Assembly (NCBI GenBank): GCA_030612025.1
Contig: JAUWOR010000002.1
Coordinates: 32,001 to 96,000 of the forward strand
Length of the DNA stretch: 64,000 nucleotides
DNA from: Dehalococcoidia bacterium
GTDB taxonomy: Bacteria; Chloroflexota; Dehalococcoidia; GIF9; AB-539-J10
Reading direction: 5' to 3'
Below the pieces are notes generated by a model. The model saw nothing but the letters and a program-made list of their open reading frames with translations. It had not been told where the DNA came from and did not search any database. Of the stretch, positions 39,688 to 46,986 are shown one piece after another. Position 1 is the stretch's first letter. Every line of letters begins with the position of its first letter. Both the position numbers and the translations under genes were made by a program.

Positions 39688-41367
39688 GTGGAAGAAGCTC
39701 GTATCGGGGTTTTCGTCTGCCATTGTGGCACAAATATTGGAGCATATGTGGATGTTCCTGAGGTAGTGGAATATGTCAAGGGGCTCCCCAATGTAGTTCA
39801 TGCCGAGCGCAATTTATTTACTTGCTCTGAGGAAGGAATCTCAGCAATAAAGAAAGCAATCCCAGAGTATAGCTTAAATCGGGTTATAGTAGCCTCTTGC
39901 ACCCCGAGAACCCATGAGCCACTATTCAGGGCTGCCTGTGAGGAAGCAGGCTTGAATAAATATCTCTTCGAATTTGTCAATATAAGAGACCAGTGCTCTT
40001 GGGTGCATATGCGTGAGCCAGAGAAAGCAACCGAAAAGGCTAAAGAGCTCATCAGGATGGGAGTAGCCAAGGCAAGGCTTCTCCAGCCACTGGAGGAGAT
40101 TGAGATCCCGGTGACTCCATCGTGCTTGGTCATGGGTGGCGGCGTGGTTGGGATAAGTGCTGCCTTGAATCTAGCTGAGCAAGGCTTTGAAGTCCATCTA
40201 GTGGAGAAGGAAGGGAAGCTTGGTGGCACTCTTCTGGATGTGTATAAACTCTTCACTACAAATGAAGAGGCGAGTAAATTACTGGGACCACTTGTCCAAA
40301 AAGTAAAGGACCACAGCAAGATTAAGACCCATCTCTCCACTAAAGTAAGGGATGTGAGTGGGTTTATAGGGAACTTCGATGCTACTTTAGAGGAGGATGG
40401 GAAGGAGAGCAAGCTCAAAGTTGGCACCATCATTGTTGCCATTGGCGCTGAGGAACTAAAGCCACTAGGTCAGTATGGTTATGGCAACTTTCCCAACGTC
40501 ATCACCCAACTTGAGCTAGAACAGCAGATGAGGAAAGAGGGGTTTGATGGGCAAAATGTAGTGATGATCAACTGCGTTGGGGCAAGAGTTCCTGAGCGAA
40601 CGTATTGCAGCAGATTCTGTTGCATGACAGCAGTCAAGAATGCCACCTTAATTAAGGAAAGTAATCCTACTTCTAAGGTCTGGCTCCTGCACCGCGATTT
40701 AATGGCCTACGGGGTAGAGTTTGAAAATTATTATCGCAAATCCATGGAGCAAGGTGTTAGATTTATAAGATATGAACTGGAAAAGCCGCCCCGAGTCATC
40801 GGGAATGGGAAGGCTGAGAAGGTGAATGTATGGCACCAGTTGAGGGGCAGAGAGGTAGAGCTCTCTGTGGATACAGTAGTGCTCACCACTCCCTTAATTC
40901 CCCGAGCCGACAACGAGGAAATCTCCAAGATGCTTAAAGTCCCTTTGAGTGAGCAAGGGTTCTTCCTTGAGGCACATCTTAAATTGATGCCAGTTGAATT
41001 TGCCACCGATGGCATCTACCTTTGTGGCTCTGCCAGGTGGCCAACAGACATTGCTGAGGGTGTTTGTCAGGCTTATGCTGCTGCGGCAAAAGCAGCAATT
41101 CCCATGAGAAGGGGCTATGTGAAACCTGAGGCGATAACCGCCTTGGTTGATGAGGATAAGTGCTCAGGCTGTGGGATTTGTGAACCTTTATGCCCCTTCA
41201 AAGCCATTGAGCTTCAGTCCCGAGATGGTAAAAGGGTGTCTCATGTCAGTGAAGCCGTATGCAAAGGTTGCGGCACTTGTGGTGCTGCCTGCCCCTCCAG
41301 AGCGATTACTATGAACCATTTTAGAGATGTGGAGATTCTAGCTCAGATAGAAGCTTTGTTTAGTTAA
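39688..41367 (+). CDS. hdrA: HdrA-family subunit (partner half of the split HdrL/HdrA)
   Basis: IGVFVCHCG, ASCTPRTHE, NIRDQCSWVH, CSRFCCM and C-terminal CSGCGICEPLCP/CKGCGTCGAACP. Confidence 0.87.
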   Translation: MEEARIGVFVCHCGTNIGAYVDVPEVVEYVKGLPNVVHAERNLFTCSEEGISAIKKAIPEYSLNRVIVASCTPRTHEPLFRAACEEAGLNKYLFEFVNIRDQCSWVHMREPEKATEKAKELIRMGVAKARLLQPLEEIEIPVTPSCLVMGGGVVGISAALNLAEQGFEVHLVEKEGKLGGTLLDVYKLFTTNEEASKLLGPLVQKVKDHSKIKTHLSTKVRDVSGFIGNFDATLEEDGKESKLKVGTIIVAIGAEELKPLGQYGYGNFPNVITQLELEQQMRKEGFDGQNVVMINCVGARVPERTYCSRFCCMTAVKNATLIKESNPTSKVWLLHRDLMAYGVEFENYYRKSMEQGVRFIRYELEKPPRVIGNGKAEKVNVWHQLRGREVELSVDTVVLTTPLIPRADNEEISKMLKVPLSEQGFFLEAHLKLMPVEFATDGIYLCGSARWPTDIAEGVCQAYAAAAKAAIPMRRGYVKPEAITALVDEDKCSGCGICEPLCPFKAIELQSRDGKRVSHVSEAVCKGCGTCGAACPSRAITMNHFRDVEILAQIEALFS

Positions 41368-41397
41368 TCTAATTAAAGAAAGGAGGTAATAGAAAAG

Positions 41398-41560
41398 GTG
41401 CCTTTTAATCCACCACAAAGGATGACCTTAATGGCAGGAAACATAAGGGTCTATAAGGCGAAACTGCCGGTATTTCAATTACTTCTCTGTGGATTTATGG
41501 CAGGGCTTTACATCGCTATGGGGGCAGCATTGTGCACTATATGTGGCACTGGTCTTTTAA
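41398..41560 (+). pseudogene. N-terminal remnant of a formate/nitrite transporter (FdhC/FocA family)
   Basis: MPFNPP......GN...KAKLP..QLLLCGFMAGLYIAMGAAL matches the FNT first-helix pattern (K...L...G.LAG.YIA.G). Strong RBS aaggaggt. Truncated after about 52 aa. Confidence 0.65.
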
Positions 41561-41575
41561 AAGGAGCTAATTACC

Positions 41576-41980
41576 ATGGAGGAGTTTGAGCCAAAGATAA
41601 TCGCATTTCTATGTAATTGGTGCTCTTATGCTGGCGCTGATTTAGCCGGTACCTCGCGGATTCAGTATGCTCCTAATGTGCGGGTAATTCGAGTTATGTG
41701 CAGCGGGCGGGTTGATCCTACCTTTGTAATTAAAGCCCTCAGGGCCGGGGCAGATGGTGTATTGATTGGCGGTTGCCATTTTGGCGACTGCCACTATATA
41801 GAGGGAAACTATAAAGCGGCTCGACGTGTTGCTTTATTGAAAAAGATGCTTGGGCAACTAGGGATTGAAGAGGAACGAGTGTGGCTGGAATGGATATCTG
41901 CTGCCGAAGGGAGCCGCTTTGCCCAGGTCATTAACAACATAACAGCCAAGGTAAAAGAGCTGGGACCTTTTGTCCGTTAA
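41576..41980 (+). CDS. mvhD: F420-non-reducing hydrogenase iron-sulfur subunit MvhD
   Basis: FLCNWCSYAGADLAG, RVMCSGRV, GCHFGDCHY and WISAAEG motifs. Confidence 0.93.
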   Translation: MEEFEPKIIAFLCNWCSYAGADLAGTSRIQYAPNVRVIRVMCSGRVDPTFVIKALRAGADGVLIGGCHFGDCHYIEGNYKAARRVALLKKMLGQLGIEEERVWLEWISAAEGSRFAQVINNITAKVKELGPFVR

Positions 41981-42002
41981 AATAGTAACTAGGAGGCGTA
42001 AC

Positions 42003-42956
42003 ATGGTTAAGCTTAAGTTGGCTCTCTATTGGGCAGCTACTTGTGGTGGTTGCGACGTAGCTGTCCTAGACACAAATGAAAAGATACTTGATATAGTTAA
42101 TATTGCTGATATCGTGTTTTGGCCTATAGCTATGGACTTTAAACGCCATCACGTTGAGGCTATGGAGGATAAAAGTATTGATGTCTGCTTATTCAATGGG
42201 GCAGTGAGGAACTCTGAGCTAGAGGATATTGCTAAGCTGCTTCGAGCCAAATCGAAAACGATGGTCGCCTTTGGCTCCTGCGCCTGCTTCGGCGGCATAC
42301 CATCGCTAGCTAACCTCACCAACCGAAGGGAGATATTTGAGCGCACCTATGTAGAGGCGCCATCTAATGTTAATCCCAAGAGGGTTTTTCCAAAAACTAA
42401 GACCAAGGTCAGCGAGGGAGAACTAGAGCTCCCCGAATTCTATGATACTGTACTGGCTCTGGGGCAAGTGGTGCCGGTGGAATACTTCGTCCCTGGCTGC
42501 CCACCACCGGTAGACCTCATACTCAAGGTGGTGGATGCCCTGGCTACAAATCAATTGCCACCGCCAGGCGCTACTATAGCTGCAGAGAAGACCCTTTGCG
42601 ATGAGTGCCCTCGCAAAAAAGAGGAGAAAAGAATTACCAAAATCTATCGCCCTCACGAGATCATCCCCGACCCCGAGAGATGTCTTTTGGAACAGGGGAT
42701 AATCTGCATGGGTCCAGCCACCAGAGGAGGTTGCGGTGCCAGGTGCATTGAGGCAAATATGCCCTGCCGTGGCTGCTTCGGACCACCAGCGGGCGTTTAT
42801 GACCAAGGAGCAAAGATGCTCAGTGCCCTAGCTTCTATTTACGATGTAAAGGACGAGAAGGAGATCGCCAGAATGGTGGAAGAGATAATCGATCCGGCGG
42901 GCACCTTTTACCGCTTCGGAATGTCTACTTCACTTTTGCAAAGAAAAAGAATGTAG
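42003..42956 (+). CDS. mvhG: F420-non-reducing [NiFe]-hydrogenase small subunit
   Basis: ATCGGC, GSCACFGG, PGCPP, CDECP and CMGPATRGGCGARC...CRGCFG motifs. Confidence 0.92.
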   Translation: MVKLKLALYWAATCGGCDVAVLDTNEKILDIVNIADIVFWPIAMDFKRHHVEAMEDKSIDVCLFNGAVRNSELEDIAKLLRAKSKTMVAFGSCACFGGIPSLANLTNRREIFERTYVEAPSNVNPKRVFPKTKTKVSEGELELPEFYDTVLALGQVVPVEYFVPGCPPPVDLILKVVDALATNQLPPPGATIAAEKTLCDECPRKKEEKRITKIYRPHEIIPDPERCLLEQGIICMGPATRGGCGARCIEANMPCRGCFGPPAGVYDQGAKMLSALASIYDVKDEKEIARMVEEIIDPAGTFYRFGMSTSLLQRKRM

Positions 42957-42965
42957 GAGTAACAG

Positions 42966-44426
42966 ATGAGAAAAATAACTATTGACCCGATAACCAGACT
43001 CGAAGGACATGGCAAGATAGAAATCTTTCTTGACGAAGAAGGTAATGTAGCTAATGCTTATTTGCAGATCCCGGAGCTTCGTGGTTTTGAAAAATTCTGC
43101 GAGGGGCGCCCAGTGGAGGAGTTGCCACGGATAACACCAAGAATTTGTGGTGTCTGCCCCTCAGCACACCACATGGCTTCCACTAAGGCTACCGATGCCG
43201 TGTACCATGTTGACCCACCATTAGCAGCCAAGAAGCTCAGGGAACTCTTCTACTGTGCCCATATGATTCACTCCCATATAGCTCACTTCTATGTCTTGGC
43301 TGGCCCTGATTTCATCCCGGGCTATGATGCCCCACCAGCGGAGCGGAATATCTTAGGGCTTATTAAGAAGGTGGGACTAGAGATCGGCAGCGAGGTGATA
43401 AAGCACAGGGCTTATGCCCAAGATATCCAAGCAACCATCGGTGGCAAGGCAACACACCCCGTCTGCGGTCTCCCTGGTGGGATGAGCAGGGTTATAACTG
43501 AGGAGGAAAGAAAGGATTTTGAGGAGAAGGCAAAATCGCTTGTTGAGTTTGGCAAGTTTGGGCTGAAGCTGTTTGATGAGCAGGTATTAGCCAATAAAAA
43601 ATACCTCGATTTAATCACCGGCGATGTCTACTTTATGAAGAGCTACTACATGGGCATGGTAGATGGTAATAACAAGGTGAACTTCTATGATGGAGATATC
43701 AGGGTAGTGGATGAGGATGGCAAGGAGGTAGCCAAATTTAAAGCTCCTGAATATCTGGAGTATATCTCAGAGCGCACCGAGCCCTGGTCTTACCTCAAGT
43801 TCCCTTACCTGAAGAAAGTTGGCTGGAAGGGAATGGTTGAGGGAAAGGACAGTGGCATCTATCGAGTGAATTCCTTAGCTCGGCTCAACGTCGCTGATGG
43901 CATGGCAACACCTTTGGCTCAGGAGGCATATGAGAAATTTTATCAAACCCTTGGCGGCAAGCCAGTTCATGCCACCCTGGCTTTCCACTGGGCAAGGCTT
44001 ATCGAGATTTTGTATGCTGCGGAGCGCCTTCTAGAACTGGCCAAGGATAAAGAAGTAACCGACACCAATATTCGCACCATTCCCACCGCTATCCCAGATG
44101 AAGGTGTGGGTGTGGTGGAAGCACCCCGAGGCACCCTATATCACCACTACCAGACGGATGAGAGAGGTATCGTTCAAAAGGTGAATCTGATTGTAGCTAC
44201 GGTGCAGAATAACCCAGCAATGAACATGTCGGTGAAGAAAGCTGCTCAGGGAGTTATCAAGAAAGGGAAAGAAATTAGCGAGCCTCTTTTGAATATGGTG
44301 GAGATGGCCTTCCGTGCCTATGACCCCTGTATGGCTTGTGCTACTCATTCTCTTCCCGGGCAGATGCCCTTGGAAATCAATATCTACGATTCGGATGGAA
44401 ATATCTGCCAGAGCTTGAGAAGATAG
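42966..44426 (+). CDS. mvhA: [NiFe]-hydrogenase large subunit (group 3c, Mvh)
   Basis: TRLEGHG, L1 motif RICGVC, L2 motif DPCMACATH followed by a cleavable C-terminal extension. Confidence 0.93.
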   Translation: MRKITIDPITRLEGHGKIEIFLDEEGNVANAYLQIPELRGFEKFCEGRPVEELPRITPRICGVCPSAHHMASTKATDAVYHVDPPLAAKKLRELFYCAHMIHSHIAHFYVLAGPDFIPGYDAPPAERNILGLIKKVGLEIGSEVIKHRAYAQDIQATIGGKATHPVCGLPGGMSRVITEEERKDFEEKAKSLVEFGKFGLKLFDEQVLANKKYLDLITGDVYFMKSYYMGMVDGNNKVNFYDGDIRVVDEDGKEVAKFKAPEYLEYISERTEPWSYLKFPYLKKVGWKGMVEGKDSGIYRVNSLARLNVADGMATPLAQEAYEKFYQTLGGKPVHATLAFHWARLIEILYAAERLLELAKDKEVTDTNIRTIPTAIPDEGVGVVEAPRGTLYHHYQTDERGIVQKVNLIVATVQNNPAMNMSVKKAAQGVIKKGKEISEPLLNMVEMAFRAYDPCMACATHSLPGQMPLEINIYDSDGNICQSLRR

Positions 44427-44427
44427 T

Positions 44428-44892
44428 TTGAAAACTCTCGTTTTAGGTATAGGGAATCCAATATTAGGAGATGACGGTATAGGTTTTTGTGCTGCTCAAG
44501 AGCTAGCAAGTAAAGTTAAAGATGCAAACATAGCTGTAAAAGATGCCAACACCCACGGTTTAAACTTATTAGAGCTTATTGCTGGGTACGATAGAGTAAT
44601 TATAGTGGATGCGATTAAGACTGAGAATGGAGAAGTAGGGCGAATATATAAGCTCAGACCAGAAGATTTCACTAATATTGTGCATTTCGCCACCTCGCTG
44701 CATGATACAAACCTTGCTACCACAATCGAAATCGGCAAAAAACTTTTAGCGGAGCAGATGCCAGATGAAATAATAATATTTGCAGTAGAGGTTGAAGAGG
44801 TGATAAAGTTTACCGAAGAGATGACGGAAAAGGTAAAGGAAACTATTCCAAAGGTTGTAAATCTTGTCTTGGGGGAGATTGGTTCAACGTAA
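44428..44892 (+). CDS. Hydrogenase maturation protease
   Basis: LGIGNPILGDDGIG, IIVDAI and SLH motifs; follows mvhA. Confidence 0.9.
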   Translation: MKTLVLGIGNPILGDDGIGFCAAQELASKVKDANIAVKDANTHGLNLLELIAGYDRVIIVDAIKTENGEVGRIYKLRPEDFTNIVHFATSLHDTNLATTIEIGKKLLAEQMPDEIIIFAVEVEEVIKFTEEMTEKVKETIPKVVNLVLGEIGST

Positions 44893-44918
44893 CCCGAATG
44901 TGACCTTGGGATGGTGGT

Positions 44919-45533
44919 TTGATAATGACTTCCATTATTCTTGCCGGCGGCAACAGCTCAAGGTTTGGTTGGAATAAAGCTCTCGAAATTATCAATGGTA
45001 AGAATCTTGTTCAGCGTGTAGTTAACCGCCTTATCTCTCTTAGCAAGGAGATCATTATAGTAACTGCCCAGAACGAAAGCCTTTCTTGCTCTCCCTCCTT
45101 CCCAATGATAAAAACAGTGGCTGATATTCATCCCGGCAAAGGTCCGCTTTGTGGCATCTATTCAGGTCTACTCTTATCGTCTTGCTCACGGGCCATCGTT
45201 GTTGGCTGCGATATGCCATTTCTAAACATTGCTTTGCTTAACTACATGACTCAGCTCTCCCCAGCTTTTGATATTGTCGTCCCCCGTATAGGAGAGAGGA
45301 TAGAGCCACTCTGTGCAATATATTCTAAGAATTGTTTAGTCCCTATCCACAAGTTACTAAAGCGTAATGAGCTAAGGATTGGTGAGCTTTTTAGCGTAGT
45401 TAGGACGAGGTATGTCAAAGAGGATGAGATCAATAAGTTTGACCCAGCGCACTTAAGCTTTTTCAATATAAACACCCAAACTGACCTGGATGAGGCAAGG
45501 AGGCTAGCAGTCGAGAAATGCCTCTTGTTATAG
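44919..45533 (+). CDS. mobA: Molybdenum cofactor guanylyltransferase
   Basis: ILAGG.SSRFG..KA, GPLCGIYSGL, CDMPF, EPLCAIY and FFNINT motifs. Confidence 0.92.
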   Translation: MIMTSIILAGGNSSRFGWNKALEIINGKNLVQRVVNRLISLSKEIIIVTAQNESLSCSPSFPMIKTVADIHPGKGPLCGIYSGLLLSSCSRAIVVGCDMPFLNIALLNYMTQLSPAFDIVVPRIGERIEPLCAIYSKNCLVPIHKLLKRNELRIGELFSVVRTRYVKEDEINKFDPAHLSFFNINTQTDLDEARRLAVEKCLLL

Positions 45534-46198
45534 CAATTACGGGCAAATCTGATGCAGGCAAAACATCTCTAATTAAGGGACTTATACCCGAGATGAAAAA
45601 AAGAGGATATAAAGTTGCTGCTGTTAAGAATTGCCCGCATGGCTTCGATTTGGATGTTGAAGGGAAGGATTCATGGCATTTTACTAAGGCTGGGGCTGGG
45701 GGTATCCTTCTCCAGTCCCCATCAGAACTCGGACTCATTCGCACGAAAGGCAATACAGCTGGCAGCTTAAATGAGGTGGCGAAATATTATCTAGCCGACT
45801 TCGATCTTGTACTAGCCGAAGGTTTTGCCCAAGATACCAGCACAAGGAGGATAGAGGTACTCCGTAAGGGGATGAGCCCAGAGCTTGAGTCTCCCCAGGA
45901 AAGATTGGTTGCAATTGTAACTGATTTTGCCTTCTCCATAGACAAACCAACCTTTAAGCCTACCGAACTCTCTGAGCTTGCGGATTTTATCGAAAATGTC
46001 ATAAAGGTGGATAAAGAAAGTAAGCCTCATGTTGAGCTTAGCATAAATAAAAAGCCCGTCTACCTAAATGAATTCGCCCAGAGCATGATAAAGGGCACGA
46101 TTACCGGACTCGTGGCTTCTTTAAAAAGGGAAGACAAGGAATTAAGGGAAATCGAAGTAAGAATCCCCCCTTCTGAGGAGGTAAAAAAAGATGAATAG
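45518..46198 (+). CDS. mobB: Molybdopterin-guanine dinucleotide biosynthesis protein B
   Basis: GKSDAGKT, K..PHGFDLD.EGKDSW...AGA and DLVLAEGF motifs, plus a C-terminal extension. Confidence 0.88.
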   Translation: MPLVIAITGKSDAGKTSLIKGLIPEMKKRGYKVAAVKNCPHGFDLDVEGKDSWHFTKAGAGGILLQSPSELGLIRTKGNTAGSLNEVAKYYLADFDLVLAEGFAQDTSTRRIEVLRKGMSPELESPQERLVAIVTDFAFSIDKPTFKPTELSELADFIENVIKVDKESKPHVELSINKKPVYLNEFAQSMIKGTITGLVASLKREDKELREIEVRIPPSEEVKKDE

Positions 46199-46841
46199 GT
46201 CTTTAGAAACCAACATAAGAGATGCTTTACTTATCATTTTAATTTGTGGAACGGTCTGGGGCTGCGTTGAAGCAGGCCTGGGGCTATTGCCTAAGTATCC
46301 CTTCTCCTCTGTCCCGCCAACGTTAATAGGCCTTATGGTTTTGGCTTTGGCTCGAACTTACTTGCCCAAACCTGGCTCATCAACGGCTACTGGTGCCATT
46401 GCCATGCTTTATCGGGCGATGACCGCCCATGGCTGGCCCTGTCACATATGGGCAGTGCTCCTGATCGGGGTTTCCTTCGATGTAGTAGCTACACTGCTAG
46501 CCAGAAAGAATGAAAGGTTAGCCTGGAGGATTGTTAGTGGGCCAGCTACTGCTTACCTAGCCTATGCCCTTTTTGGATTTACTATGATCTATATTATGCT
46601 TTATATACCACCTATGAAACATTGTGCTCATTGGTGGGTAATAGGAGGGTTGCCCAAGATTTTAAATTACATTGGCAAAAGCGGAAGCCTTGCGGCTGTC
46701 GGCTCGACAGTTTTCGTACCTCTGGGGTATTGGCTGGGCTCTTTAACAGCTAGTATAAAGGTAAGCCAGCGACGGGCTATGATGGGGGCAGGATTTATTC
46801 TTGCTGCTCTCTGGATCCTTGGGTTTGCTATCTTCCCTTGA
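46191..46841 (+). CDS. Integral membrane protein (possibly ECF S-component-like)
   Basis: About 6-7 hydrophobic segments and a PKPGS loop; overlaps the end of mobB. Function not recognised. Confidence 0.6.
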   Translation: MNRSLETNIRDALLIILICGTVWGCVEAGLGLLPKYPFSSVPPTLIGLMVLALARTYLPKPGSSTATGAIAMLYRAMTAHGWPCHIWAVLLIGVSFDVVATLLARKNERLAWRIVSGPATAYLAYALFGFTMIYIMLYIPPMKHCAHWWVIGGLPKILNYIGKSGSLAAVGSTVFVPLGYWLGSLTASIKVSQRRAMMGAGFILAALWILGFAIFP

Positions 46842-46917
46842 CTTGCGGTGGCGAATGGTTAAGCTGCTGACTGAAACAATAAAAGCGGTAAATTAGGAAA
46901 AGGCGAAAGAAAAACGT

Positions 46918-46983
46918 CTTGTGCCTACGACGTGTCCCATATTGTGGCTGCGGCTTAAATATGGTCGTTGAAGAAGGCACAAG
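46918..46983 (+). pseudogene. Frameshifted remnant of a formate dehydrogenase alpha-subunit N-terminus
   Basis: LVPTTC followed after a +1 shift by PYCGCGLNMVVEEG, a degraded form of the TCPYCGxGCG..V.DG [4Fe-4S] motif. Confidence 0.5.
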
Positions 46984-46986
46984 TGC

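Noticed and set aside
37994-40442. Long antisense ORFs (37994..38620, 39798..40442 and similar ones elsewhere, e.g. 6336..6863, 21101..21457)
   Set aside because: Shadows of well-supported genes on the opposite strand, with no motifs of their own.
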